In this document: piece by piece, positions 21,910 through 32,839 of the stretch
Position numbering within the stretch: the stretch's first letter is position 1
Layout: each line of letters starts with the position of its first letter
Assembly: GCA_000004985.1 (NCBI GenBank)
Contig: GG738902.1
Direction: 5' to 3' (one strand)
Length of the DNA stretch: 64,000 nt
Origin: Naegleria gruberi
Taxonomy: Eukaryota
Notes under the pieces: model-generated
Told to the model about the DNA's origin: nothing
What the model saw: only the letters and a program-made list of their open reading frames with translations
Databases searched by the model: none
Made by a program: the position numbers and the translations under genes

Positions 21910-22896
21910 TTATTCAGTCTTCTTTACATCAGTCTTCTTCCTCTTATAACTTTGAATATAAAAGTTCAAGAACAAGGCCAAGAAGGCAGCAACAGTCAAG
22001 TCAACCAAGAAGAATGGATAATAATTACCAGCACAAGTTTGGTTATCTCCATACTTGAACCACAACCAAACCTTTGGAACAACCAAATCAAAAACAAATT
22101 GAATAATTTGCATTCTGGTAATCCATGGCTTGATAACATTCAAACAACCTGGAGTAAAGATTGGAGAATTCTTAACAGTACAAACATAAAAGTAGAAATA
22201 CATGATAACGTGAACACCAGCATTCAAAGTTGAAGGGAACCACATCATTTGTGACTTTTCCAAAATGACATACCAACACAATAATAAGGTAATCATGTGA
22301 TGGAAGGTATGCAAGAAAGTCAAACTCTTACACTTGATCATTAAAAAGACAGTATCTAACAATTCATAATATTTGGACAAGTAGAAAATGTACAACCAGA
22401 AAGGAACTGCACCCTTTCCCATTCTATTAGGAACATCACAAGTTAAGGCAGAGAGTTTTTCCATAAAGCTAGCTTCTGGAATTTCATTAACAACTTCAAC
22501 AGCTTCACCAACAAATCCCAAAACCATGATCAAACTCAACACACTGAGGAAAATATTGTGGAATTTAATGAACATTTCCAAGAGTGGATGTTTCATTGGT
22601 GTATTATTTCTAACCTTTTTCATATACAGTGGAAGTAAATAAAGAGACAATCCATAACCAACAACAGCTGTTGCTGGATAGATCCAGTGAGATATTGGTG
22701 CTTCATTGTAAATGTACTTGAAATCGTGAATGTACTGGGACATTCCTTCACCATTAGGAATGAATTGTAAAAGTCTATCGATGAACACCATACTGATTCG
22801 AGATGATGATGAATATAAGAGTGGGTGTTGAGTGTGTTGGTTTTTTTCAAAAGTTTGAGCATACAGTCTTTGCACCAACCAGCCTTTATGGTTCAA
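21910..22896 (-). CDS. ELO family fatty-acid elongase.
   Basis: Motifs SKYYELLDTVFLMIKCK (KxxExxDT), FLHTFHHMIT (HxxHH), NAGVHVIMYFYFY (HxxMYxYY) and TRMQIIQFV (TxxQxxQ). Multiple TM helices. Start codon uncertain. Confidence 0.8.
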   Translation of the reverse strand: MNHKGWLVQRLYAQTFEKNQHTQHPLLYSSSSRISMVFIDRLLQFIPNGEGMSQYIHDFKYIYNEAPISHWIYPATAVVGYGLSLYLLPLYMKKVRNNTPMKHPLLEMFIKFHNIFLSVLSLIMVLGFVGEAVEVVNEIPEASFMEKLSALTCDVPNRMGKGAVPFWLYIFYLSKYYELLDTVFLMIKCKSLTFLHTFHHMITLLLCWYVILEKSQMMWFPSTLNAGVHVIMYFYFYVCTVKNSPIFTPGCLNVIKPWITRMQIIQFVFDLVVPKVWLWFKYGDNQTCAGNYYPFFLVDLTVAAFLALFLNFYIQSYKRKKTDVKKTE

Positions 22897-23949
22897 ACAA
22901 CAACAAGATCATCTTCACAGCCTCATTGGAAATTTTCAATAATTGAAACATCATCAACAAGGTGATGCTTGAAGCTGTTGTTTTTTGATTTTTACTCCAA
23001 CAACGGATCCTACAAATTGAAAAGTCCAAAATTGTGCGGTATGAAGCAATTTGTGTTATTAGGAAGTAAATAATATTGATAAGGTGGACGAGAATGGTGG
23101 AGGATCATTGATTGAGGATTATATGATGATTATTTTAATAATTAATATTGATCATCTTGTGTTGAATATTAATGTCGATTTTGTTGAGGTCTGAAGCCTA
23201 ATTGAACCGTAATTAAAATGGATGTTCACCACGCCTGTTGCCGATCCGATTTGTAATACTAGACAAACTCTTATTAAATAAATAGGCATGACCATCATCA
23301 ATGCACAATAATAATTTAATATACGATCGTCATGATGATGATGATGCAACTTTAACGTTGATGATGATGAGCATGGAAGGATGAAAGTTCTCCTGACGCG
23401 TGAATTTCAAAATGTGTATTTACTTTTGAAACTTCGTTAATAATAATAACAGAGAATTAAATAGTGGAATATCAACGGTACTATTATAATCTGTTATTGA
23501 TAATTTATTGTAAGGAAATTGAATTCAAATTGTAAGGTGGAGCAAATTTTCACACAGTACCAACTTGCTTCCATTATCGGTCTATTTTGATTTTGTCCGT
23601 TAGAGTGAAATTCCACCATTTGGAAAATTTTATTATTTGGGATTGTGAAATTTGACAGTGGTCACAGACCTTTTTTGTGGTTGTATAATAACTAGTAATT
23701 TACAGTAATGATAAGGTTGTTTGACTTTGAGGTGGAGTAAGGATGTCCTTCATGAGTGTCCTTACTTGTCGAACAAGGCATTTCGGTCACAAATGATTTT
23801 CAATACCAAGACTGCAAATATTACTTGTGAAAATAAGAAAAGGTGATAGATGTGTTTAGCCTAAAGGTTTAGGTCTGAAAACAGATTAGGATAATTTTCT
23901 TCAATTCGAATTAAAAAAATACCATTGAGATTGACCATCAAACGTCAAT

Positions 23950-25269
23950 ATGACTGAACAACAAACAGTGTTAATTGATGATCTTCAATTAATTTCAAAT
24001 CAATTTCCATGTGGTGATATTCTTTGGGAAATTTTATCATTTTGTAATGATTTTACATTTATTGTAATGAATTGTGCACTAGTTTCCAAACAGTGGTACC
24101 ATGTCATTTTGGAAAGATGTAAACTCTCATTAACCTGCAATTCGGATCAGAAATTGAAGGGAAAATTTCTTGAAAGAGTTTCAAATTTCACAGTTAAAAA
24201 GAATGAAGAAGGAAATTTGTTTAATTGTCAAATTTTTGAATGTTTGAAGAATTTGACAAGAATTGATATCAGTGATAATGAAATTAGCGATGAAAGGGTT
24301 AAGCATTTTGGTAATTTGACTCATTTGACAAATCTTGTAATTAATTGTAACGACATTGGTGTAGAGGGAGCTAAATGTCTTTGTCAACTGAATCAATTAA
24401 CAAGGCTTAATATTGGAAACAACAGTCTTGAGACTGAAGGTGCTAAATACATTAGTGAACTGAAGAATTTGACCAAACTTGATATCGCTCGCAACTGTAT
24501 TGGTGATAGAGGTGCTCAATTTATTACTGAAATGAAACAACTGACTTCTCTAAACCTTAACAGGAATGGAATTGAATATTTAGGAGCAAAATTTATTAGT
24601 GAAATGTATCAATTAACGAGTCTTGATATCAGTAACAATGACATTGGTTCTGAAGGAGCTAAACAAATTAGCAAACTCGACCAATTGACCAAACTATATA
24701 TTTACGATAATAATATTGGTGATGAAGGAGCTATGCACATTAGCGAAATGAAACAACTAACTAATCTCGATATTAGCAGGAATGATATTGACTCAGAAGG
24801 TGCCAAATCCATATGTGAACTCTATCAATTAACAAATCTCAATATTTGTTCGAATTACATTGGTGAAACAGGTGCCAAGCATATCAGTGAAATGAATAAT
24901 TTGACCATTCTTGAAATTGGCAGTAATGAAATTGGATCTGAAGGAGCGTATCATATCAGCAGAATGCACCAATTGACTAGGCTCATGATTTTTGCTAATG
25001 ATATTGGAGAAAAAGGGGCCAAACATGTTTCTGAGATGAAACAATTAACTAAACTCGATATTTATGATAATAATATTGGTGATGAGGGAACTATACACAT
25101 TAGCGAAATGAAACAATTAACCTACCTCGATGTTTCAGCCAATAATATTGGTCACGAAGGTGCTGAATATATTAGGAAATTGAATCGATTGACATTTCTT
25201 AATGTTCACTATAATTCATTCAGTGATAGTGAATCAGAACTTATAGAAAAGGAGTTAATGAAGGATTAA
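23950..25269 (+). CDS. F-box-like / RNI-type leucine-rich-repeat protein (439 aa).
   Basis: The N-terminus, IDDLQLISNQFPCGDILWEILSFC...VSKQWYHVI, is F-box-like. About 13 tandem 24-aa units follow, of the form LTxLxIxxNxIGxEGAKxISEMKQ. Confidence 0.7.
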   Translation: MTEQQTVLIDDLQLISNQFPCGDILWEILSFCNDFTFIVMNCALVSKQWYHVILERCKLSLTCNSDQKLKGKFLERVSNFTVKKNEEGNLFNCQIFECLKNLTRIDISDNEISDERVKHFGNLTHLTNLVINCNDIGVEGAKCLCQLNQLTRLNIGNNSLETEGAKYISELKNLTKLDIARNCIGDRGAQFITEMKQLTSLNLNRNGIEYLGAKFISEMYQLTSLDISNNDIGSEGAKQISKLDQLTKLYIYDNNIGDEGAMHISEMKQLTNLDISRNDIDSEGAKSICELYQLTNLNICSNYIGETGAKHISEMNNLTILEIGSNEIGSEGAYHISRMHQLTRLMIFANDIGEKGAKHVSEMKQLTKLDIYDNNIGDEGTIHISEMKQLTYLDVSANNIGHEGAEYIRKLNRLTFLNVHYNSFSDSESELIEKELMKD

Positions 25270-25485
25270 CATGAATAAAAATTACTAATCTTAATTATTT
25301 ACGGTAATATTGAACAAAGATTGTAAAAGTGTTGTTTAATGTAATTGGAAGGAATGTGGAATTTGAGACGGATTAAGGATAACACCCAAGTCGAAAGTGG
25401 TCGCATTCTTTTCCTTTCACTGAAATTCTTGTTGTCAACTTTTACTGACAAGTGACAGCAACATAATTAAAAAAAATAGCAATAA

Positions 25486-26568
25486 ATGAACAATTACGAT
25501 GTAAGTTTCGTCTACCAACCATCTCATCATCCAACATGATTTCATCATCTCATCCACAGTTCGATTCCATCAACAAGGAAAGCAAAAAACAAGTGTAAGT
25601 TCAAATTTGAATCACAAGTCCAATATAATGTTGAAATAATATTCACAAACAGTGCTTGTCGTATCGTTGTCGGTGTTTGCATCCTTGGTTGCTGTATCTT
25701 TGCTGTCATTGCTGCTGTCGTCTTGGCTGCAGTCTTCTTCCCAAGAAGTCCAAATATTGTTAGTCAGTATGTATATATATATTAGAATCATTCATCATTC
25801 TCATCATCATATTTTGTTGTTGATTGGAATATCATCATCTTTATCGGAATGATATTAGACAATTGTATTTTACTCAATTTTCAGTGGATTTTTGTCCTGC
25901 TCAAAGTAAGAGCAATAATTCGGCATGTTGTGTTGGAAGTTCGTGTACCTTTTCCTATAATAATGCAACATTGGGTATTGCTTCGTATTTTGTGGTGCGA
26001 GCTACGAATGGTAACTTGTTTAATATATCATTGAATGCGTAGGTTTTATGATAATTTGATGATGAAATATTAATTCTTGATGGATGATGATGGTGTGGAT
26101 TTTATGTATTGATGTGATAATTGATGATTTTAGAGTCAAGATTGAAATCATGTATGGATCGGAAGTGATCGGTTCGAGTGCTTCGGAGAGTTATCCTGTT
26201 GGTCCACAAACTACTCAAGGTTTGTACTCATTGAAAATTACTTTATTCCTTAATTAATTAATTAATTCAATTTAAATTTAATAATTTTATTTGAAAATAC
26301 AAATAATAATGTGGAATGAAATGTAGATGTTAATGTACCAATTATATGGAAATCTTCTCTGAGTAGTAATGTAATGAAATCAATCATGTGCCAACTCACA
26401 GGTAATAACAATGCCTTACCTTATACATTCACGTTAAGTATGGGTTCAGTGACTTACTTCCTCAATACATTTGCATTCTCAAGTCAAACAGCAAGTCTTC
26501 AAGCTTCCATAGATGTTTGCTCATCCAATTGTAAAGTACAATACTACTCTTCAATGTGTCCAACCTAA
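25486..26568 (+). CDS. Multi-exon gene or genes for a small Cys-rich membrane or secreted protein; exon structure unresolved.
   Basis: Exon 1 ATG AAC AAT TAC GAT | GTAAGTTTCG...CCACAG (25501..25558). Exon 2 FDSINKESKKQ | GTAAGT...AAACAG. Exon 3 encodes the TM-like ACRIVVGVCILGCCIFAVIAAVVLAAVFF. Further GT...AG-bounded coding blocks run to a stop at 26566-68 (...CSSNCKVQYYSSMCPT). Several donor and acceptor choices are possible. Confidence 0.3.
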
Positions 26569-26986
26569 TGATATAGTCATTCACATGTGGACATGAAATT
26601 TAATAAAAATTCAAGAAAACAATCTTTTTCTCAATGTTGGAATACATGAAAATTAAGAACTTGTAAGTCCCAATTAATGTAAATTCCTTGTCTGATTTGG
26701 CGAGATATGTTACAATGGAAAAATTCATTAAAATTCATCTGCGTCTCACTTTACTGGTCAGAACTTCTCCCGCCAAATCGTAAACGAGTAACCAATCATA
26801 ACTGTTACGCTTGAAAAATTTACTTTAGAAAAAAAAAACTCAATTCTCTCCCCTCTACACTCTTTCAGTTGTTGTTGCAACAAATTTTTATCGTAGTGAG
26901 GGTTTTTATATATTTTGTATAGTTCATCATCCAAATCCAAATCATCATCAACCACCTTACTTACTATATTATTTATTAAATCGAGA

Positions 26987-29900
26987 ATGGGTTGCGGAAA
27001 TTCAAAATCAACACTCGGTGTAGTTGAGACCGTCGAAGAAAAACCAAAACAACAAGCCACTGTCAATAACACCACTAATACTACCACTGCTGTCATGACA
27101 GGAACACTTGAACCAGAGGCACCAAAGAAGAAGGATGGTTTCTGTTACTTCTTTGGTCTTGACAGTCAAACTAAGGAAAACCTCACTGAAGGGAATAAGG
27201 ATATGAAGGAACTACTTGGAGGAAAAGGTGCTAACTTGTGCGAAATGTGCAATTTAGGTATTAATGTTCCTCCTGGATTTACTGTTTCTACAGAAGCCTG
27301 TGAACACTTTAGCCAGCTTCATAACCTTGCTACTTCAGCAGGAGAAGAAGGAGCTGAAAAAAAGAATCTCACTTTACCAGAAAACATTCAAACACAAGTC
27401 GACGAATATCTCAAAAAATTGGAACAAGCAACTGGAAAGAAATTTACCGATTCATATGAAAATGATACAGATAAGGTTCTCTTAATTTCTGTGAGATCAG
27501 GAGCTGCCATTTCAATGCCTGGAATGATGGACACTATTCTTAACCTTGGTATTTGTGACAAGAATATTACTCAACTCGTTAAAAACTTTGGTGGAAATGA
27601 AAAATTCGCTTGGGATTCATATCGTAGTCTCGTTCAAATGTTCGGTGAAGTTGTCATGTCAGTCAAGCCAGAACATTTCGAAGACAATATCAAAAAGCAA
27701 AAGGAAAAGAGAGGTATTACTCATGATTCTGAATTGAATTTGGAAGAAATTCAACAAATCGTTCAAGATCACAAACTTACTATTTTCGAACAAACTGGAG
27801 GTGAAGACTTCCCACAAGATGTTCGTCAACAATTGTACAGAGCTATTATTGCTGTCTTTAACTCATGGCACAATAAGCGTGCTGTGCAATATAGAAAGAT
27901 TCACAACATTACTGGTCTTAAGGGAACTGCTGTAAATATTCAATCCATGGTCTTTGGTAATGTTGATGAACGTTCATGTTCTGGTGTCTGTTTCAGTAGA
28001 AATCCTTCAACAGGTGAAAATCTATTCTATGGTGAATATATGATTCAAGCACAAGGTGAAGCTATTGTTGCTGGTCAAAGAACTCCAGAAAAGATTGAAA
28101 CCTTGGCTACTAACTTCCCAGAATGTAACACTAGTTTGAAGGAAATCAGTACCAAATTGGAAAAGCACTTTAAGGATGTCCAAGATATGGAATTCACAAT
28201 TGAACAAAATACTCTCTATATGTTGCAATGCAGAAATGGTAAAAAGACAATTCAAGCTTCTCTCAAGATTTACTGTGACATGATAGATGAAGGTCTTATC
28301 AATGAAAGAGAAGCCATCTCAAAGATTGATGCTACTCAACTCAACCAAATGCTCCATCCATTCTTGGATGATTCTGAAAAGGCTCATCACGAACCTTTGG
28401 CAACTGGTTTACCAGCAAGTCCTGGTGCTGTAGTTGGTAGAATTGCTTTCACCAGTGAACAAGCCATTAAAATGTCTGAAACCAGAAAGGAAGATGGTGA
28501 TGTCATCTTGGTCAGAGAACAAACAAGCACTGAAGATTTGGCTGGTATGCATGCTTCTCAAGGTTTCTTGACTACTAATGGTGGTCTTACTTCTCATGCT
28601 GCTGTTGTTTCTCGTCAACAAGGTAAATGCTGTGTAAGTGGATGTAGCTTGCTTTATGTCACTAGTGAAGAATCTTGTACAATTAATGGAACCCTCTTTA
28701 ATCAAGGTGATATTATTACTATTGATGGTTCAACTGGTAATGTCTACGGTAAGGCTCTCAAGACAACTAGACCAGGTATTTCTCAACCTGACTTTGTCAG
28801 AATTATGGATATTGAAAAGAAGTACAGAACTATGAGTGTCTATGCTAACGCTGATACATCTGTCGATGCTCATAAGGCTGTTGAATTCGGTGCTGAAGGT
28901 ATTGGATTGTGTAGAACTGAGCACATGTTCTTTGAAAAGACAAGAATAGTTGACATGAGAAGAATGATTGTTGCCTCCACCACAGAAAAGAGACAAGAAG
29001 CTATTAATGTTCTCAAAGATTATCAACGTTCTGATTTCCTTTCCCTCTTCCATGCTATGGAAGGAAAGAAGGTCACTATTAGATTGTTAGATCCTCCACT
29101 TCACGAATTTTTACCAGAAGATCCACAAGAAATTGAAGAATTGGCTTTGGCTCTTGGTGAATCTGTTAAGGATGTTACCCTTACTGTCTCTCAACTCAAG
29201 GAAAAGAATCCAATGTTGGGTCATCGTGGTTGTAGATTGGGTATTACCTTCCCCGAGATTACTCAAATGCAAGTTGAAGCCATTTTTGAAGCTGCTATTG
29301 ATGCTACTCATAAGGGCGAAGTTGTTGTTGATATTATGGTTCCATTAGTTCAATCTGTTCAAGAACTTGTCAACCAAAAGGAAATTATTGAAAAAGTTGC
29401 TTCATCATTGTTTGCCAAGCATGAAGACAGAAAATATCTCATTCATTACAGAGTTGGTTGTATGATTGAAACTCCAAGAGCTGTTTTGATGGCTAAAGAA
29501 CTTGCTGGTGTTGCTGATTTCTTCAGTATTGGAAGTAATGACTTGACTCAAATGACCTTTGGTTTCAGTAGAGACGACAGTGGTAAATTCCTTAAATATT
29601 ATCTCGAACGTGACTTGATTGAAAATGATCCATTCGAAGTTTTGGATACAGAAGGTGTTGGAAAGATTATTCAACTCACTGTCCAAACTGGTAGAGAAGC
29701 AAAGAATGGTTTGACTGTTGGTTTGTGCGGTGAACATGGTGGTGAATCTCACTCTGTTAAATTCTTGTACCAATGCGGTCTTTCATATGTCAGTTGTTCA
29801 CCTTATAGAATTCCAATCGCTAGACTTTCTGCTGCTCAAGAATCTGTCAAGAATTGGAGAAATGTTATTTGTGTTAATGGTGGTCCAGGATCAGGAAAGG

Positions 29901-30412
29901 GCACACAATGTGCCAAACTTGTTGAAAAGTATGGTTTTATCCATTATAGTACAGGTGATTTGTTGAGAGCTGAAGCTGCTAAGGATACAGAACAGGGTAG
30001 AATGATCTCGTCATACATTAAGGAAGGTAAGATTGTGCCTGGTGCTGTTACTCTTGGTTTGTTAAGAAATGCTATTTTGAACCATCCTAAAAAGGATGCT
30101 ACGTTCTTGATCGATGGCTTCCCAAGAGAAATGCAACAAGCTGTTGACTTTGAAGCTCATGTCTGTAAATTCAAGTTTGTCCTCTTCTTTGATTGTCCAG
30201 AAGAAATTTTGGAACAAAGATTGTTAGAAAGAGGTAAGACGAGTGGTAGATCTGATGACAATGCCGAAAGTATTAAGAAGAGATTCAAGACCTATAGCGA
30301 CCAAACAATGCCAGTTATTGGATACTTTAAGAAGACTGATAGAGTCAAGACAATTGATAGTTCAAAGACACAAGAAGAAGTGTTTGCTGAAGTATGCAAA
30401 TTATTTGATTAA
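26987..30412 (+). CDS. Pyruvate,phosphate dikinase fused in-frame to a C-terminal adenylate kinase / UMP-CMP kinase-like domain (from about 29860). N-terminal MGCGNSKS dual-acylation motif.
   Basis: PPDK hallmarks run the length of the protein (LLGGKGANLCEM, GINVPPGFTV, GGLTSHAAVVSRQQGKCCVSG, GAEGIGLCRTEHMFF, SIGSNDLTQMTFG, LCGEHGG, SYVSCSPYRIPIARLSAAQ). There is then no stop before NGGPGSGKGTQC...GDLLRAE...IDGFPRE...RLLERGKTSGRSDDN, which is the P-loop/LID of adenylate kinase. Gly2, Cys3 and Ser6 follow ATG 26987. Confidence 0.85.
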   Translation: MGCGNSKSTLGVVETVEEKPKQQATVNNTTNTTTAVMTGTLEPEAPKKKDGFCYFFGLDSQTKENLTEGNKDMKELLGGKGANLCEMCNLGINVPPGFTVSTEACEHFSQLHNLATSAGEEGAEKKNLTLPENIQTQVDEYLKKLEQATGKKFTDSYENDTDKVLLISVRSGAAISMPGMMDTILNLGICDKNITQLVKNFGGNEKFAWDSYRSLVQMFGEVVMSVKPEHFEDNIKKQKEKRGITHDSELNLEEIQQIVQDHKLTIFEQTGGEDFPQDVRQQLYRAIIAVFNSWHNKRAVQYRKIHNITGLKGTAVNIQSMVFGNVDERSCSGVCFSRNPSTGENLFYGEYMIQAQGEAIVAGQRTPEKIETLATNFPECNTSLKEISTKLEKHFKDVQDMEFTIEQNTLYMLQCRNGKKTIQASLKIYCDMIDEGLINEREAISKIDATQLNQMLHPFLDDSEKAHHEPLATGLPASPGAVVGRIAFTSEQAIKMSETRKEDGDVILVREQTSTEDLAGMHASQGFLTTNGGLTSHAAVVSRQQGKCCVSGCSLLYVTSEESCTINGTLFNQGDIITIDGSTGNVYGKALKTTRPGISQPDFVRIMDIEKKYRTMSVYANADTSVDAHKAVEFGAEGIGLCRTEHMFFEKTRIVDMRRMIVASTTEKRQEAINVLKDYQRSDFLSLFHAMEGKKVTIRLLDPPLHEFLPEDPQEIEELALALGESVKDVTLTVSQLKEKNPMLGHRGCRLGITFPEITQMQVEAIFEAAIDATHKGEVVVDIMVPLVQSVQELVNQKEIIEKVASSLFAKHEDRKYLIHYRVGCMIETPRAVLMAKELAGVADFFSIGSNDLTQMTFGFSRDDSGKFLKYYLERDLIENDPFEVLDTEGVGKIIQLTVQTGREAKNGLTVGLCGEHGGESHSVKFLYQCGLSYVSCSPYRIPIARLSAAQESVKNWRNVICVNGGPGSGKGTQCAKLVEKYGFIHYSTGDLLRAEAAKDTEQGRMISSYIKEGKIVPGAVTLGLLRNAILNHPKKDATFLIDGFPREMQQAVDFEAHVCKFKFVLFFDCPEEILEQRLLERGKTSGRSDDNAESIKKRFKTYSDQTMPVIGYFKKTDRVKTIDSSKTQEEVFAEVCKLFD

Positions 30413-30435
30413 ATGTAAATAAATATATAAATATT

Positions 30436-31353
30436 CTAATTTCCATACGTCTCTGCAAACTTTTGAAGTAAATATTGGTAAGCTGTTTTGTTAACAGATT
30501 CAATAAAAAACTCCTTGTCTGGTTGTCCAAAGAATGCAATACTATACCTATCTGATTCATAATTAGACAGGACAACTTGATGAGGAACACTCTTATATTC
30601 TTGATCAGTCCATTCTTGCATCAAATCTCCACAATTTACAATAATGGCATCTTTAACACAAGGTGCATCAATCATTTCATTAGTGATTCGGTCCAAAACT
30701 TTCAAACCACCTGTACTATCCTGACATAACAATGTTATTGAACCATAGTCAGAGTGAATTCCACATCCATTACTAAATTTTGGAGCACTTGAATCAAGTT
30801 TAGGATAATGTAAATATCTCAAACTATGTTCCATTTCAGAGTGAGCCAGAGCAAAATCATCCGTTTGTTTACTCAATCCTCTCTGTAAATCACCCAATAA
30901 TTCAATCAATAGACCATGCAATTCCAAGAATAGTTTCTTTGAAAATTCCTCAAATCCCTTAACAGAACCATGTTCATCTTCATTAGGAAAATAAACTTTT
31001 CCATAATCTACATCCGACTTGGACATTCGAACATTGTAAGCCTCCTTCAGATCAATGTCCTTTCCATTTAATTTCTCACTATTCGTACTAATGTAACCAC
31101 TTTCTCCCTTCACTGTATGAAGTTCTTGTTTCACTTGTTTCGGCAATTCAAAAAACAGTTTTGAAAATTCAAAAGCTTGATCAATTAATGGAATTAATGG
31201 ATGATCAACAAGATAGAAAAATCCGATACTGTTCAGGGCATGTTTAATTTCGTCCAATCTCGTGTCGCTGTTGTATGAAATGATGGGAATTAAAGTTTCG
31301 TTTGGTTTCATTTTTTTGAGTTTCGTAAGGTAGGTACTTTCCCAAGTCCACAC
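30436..31353 (-). CDS. 2-oxoglutarate/Fe(II)-dependent dioxygenase family protein.
   Basis: GIHSDYGSITLL (HxD), a later His in SVPHQVV, and RYSIAFF (RxS 2OG-binding) at the C-terminus. IPNS/flavonol-synthase-like fold. Confidence 0.65.
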   Translation of the reverse strand: MWTWESTYLTKLKKMKPNETLIPIISYNSDTRLDEIKHALNSIGFFYLVDHPLIPLIDQAFEFSKLFFELPKQVKQELHTVKGESGYISTNSEKLNGKDIDLKEAYNVRMSKSDVDYGKVYFPNEDEHGSVKGFEEFSKKLFLELHGLLIELLGDLQRGLSKQTDDFALAHSEMEHSLRYLHYPKLDSSAPKFSNGCGIHSDYGSITLLCQDSTGGLKVLDRITNEMIDAPCVKDAIIVNCGDLMQEWTDQEYKSVPHQVVLSNYESDRYSIAFFGQPDKEFFIESVNKTAYQYLLQKFAETYGN

Positions 31354-31597
31354 ATAACTTGGTTAAAATTCACAGATTTCTTCAATAAATCTTTATTAGA
31401 AAGTTCCTTTCCTCAACATTTTCATCCAATTATTGAAGGGAAGATTTGGCGCCAAAAAATTTCCGGATATTGTAAACTGGTTCTGCTGGTTGCAAAGCAT
31501 TTTTCCAGCAAAACAAAAGTTTGTGTTTTCTACCAACTGACAAACCTATTTAAGACGAAACCAATTCGAAACACCACTAAACAAAAACAACAAAAAA

Positions 31598-32821
31598 ATG
31601 CCAAAACGTGATTCAGCAAGCAACAAAGAACAAGTAGTAGAAAACTCAACCGCCACAACTTCAAGACCACCCAACAAGAAACGCAAATCTTCAAGTCAAC
31701 CAACTTGTGCTGCTTTGGATTATTCGATTGAAGAATTGAGAAAACTCATCAATATTACATTATTCACCAGAAGAATGGACAATGATGAGAATGAAAAGAA
31801 TGCAAAGGATTGGAAACAATGGAATGAATGCAAAGATGCAGAACTCAATCTATTCGAAAGTAATTCTCGTCTCGTACGAAAGGTTTCTCATATTACGGAT
31901 TTTGATTTGAGTGAACAATCTGCTTCTAAAATACGTTTAGGCATTCGAGTTGATAACAAAACAAACATGGATCTGGAAATGCAAGTTTTCATTGATGAAA
32001 AAAAGATGAAATCGAGATGTTGTGAGAGAAATGCCGAAACTTTTATCATTTCCGAAAGGTCAAATCCCCAAACAGTTCATCCATTCATCCTTAAGAAACA
32101 TGAACAAGCTGAGGACGAAACTGAAATTGATAAGGAAGTTCTCAAAAAATTGGGAAGTGTCAAGTTTAAATTTTTCAAAACTAAAGTGACTCGAAAGAAT
32201 TCCATTTCAATTAATCGTCATTTTGAAATCGATAATGAAAATATCAAAATTAAGAGTAGCATGTTGAAGGAAGCTCCAATGTCACTTGGTTTGGGGGAGG
32301 GAATCAAGTCAGAGGTTAAAAGGGGAAGAACGTTAAGTTCATTGAAGGATTTAGTTTTGGAATGTGAAATTAAGTATACTAATCAAATAGGATATTTATT
32401 GGAATTGAGGAAGAATGGTATTGAATTGGAACCTGCAAATAATAGAGTTCAAGCTACTTCTTCTTCTGCAGATTCAAGTCTTGATGTTATTGAACTATCA
32501 GATAGTGAAGAAGAAACTAATTTGCCTCCAATTGGAAATTCAACCTCAACTCCATTGTTAAAAGTCTATGAAAATATCACTGAAACGATTCAAGATATTT
32601 CTAAAATGGAAGTTGAGGACTTGTTAAAGTTCATTAAGCGTACAGATGAAAAGTTATTTAATGTAGCCGAAACCCTTTTCAAAGAACATGAAATTAATGG
32701 ACGTGCCTTTTTGAGTCTCCCCTCCTCTACAAGCAGTATGCTCGCTTTAGGATTAAAAATTGGATCCCGAGCTAAAATAGAACAAATTATTAAGCAAATT
32801 CAACACAATCCACAAAATTGA
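31598..32821 (+). CDS. Nuclear-type protein with basic NLS and a C-terminal SAM-like domain (407 aa).
   Basis: PNKKRKSSS near the N-terminus. The C-terminus, EVEDLLKFIKRTDEKLFNVAETLFKEHEINGRAFLSLP...LGLKIGSRAKIEQII, resembles a SAM domain. Confidence 0.45.
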   Translation: MPKRDSASNKEQVVENSTATTSRPPNKKRKSSSQPTCAALDYSIEELRKLINITLFTRRMDNDENEKNAKDWKQWNECKDAELNLFESNSRLVRKVSHITDFDLSEQSASKIRLGIRVDNKTNMDLEMQVFIDEKKMKSRCCERNAETFIISERSNPQTVHPFILKKHEQAEDETEIDKEVLKKLGSVKFKFFKTKVTRKNSISINRHFEIDNENIKIKSSMLKEAPMSLGLGEGIKSEVKRGRTLSSLKDLVLECEIKYTNQIGYLLELRKNGIELEPANNRVQATSSSADSSLDVIELSDSEEETNLPPIGNSTSTPLLKVYENITETIQDISKMEVEDLLKFIKRTDEKLFNVAETLFKEHEINGRAFLSLPSSTSSMLALGLKIGSRAKIEQIIKQIQHNPQN

Positions 32822-32839
32822 AAATAAATATATCTATAT

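Noticed and set aside
23300-23400. GATGAT/CATCAT-rich stretch (the His-rich small ORF 23152..23349) in the ELO / F-box-LRR intergenic region.
   Set aside because: It is a short trinucleotide-biased low-complexity tract without start context. It is more likely promoter or UTR sequence than coding.
26758-27096. Minus-strand ORF of 112 aa overlapping the start of the PPDK gene.
   Set aside because: It is antisense to the strongly supported PPDK N-terminus and upstream region, and shows no protein-like features.
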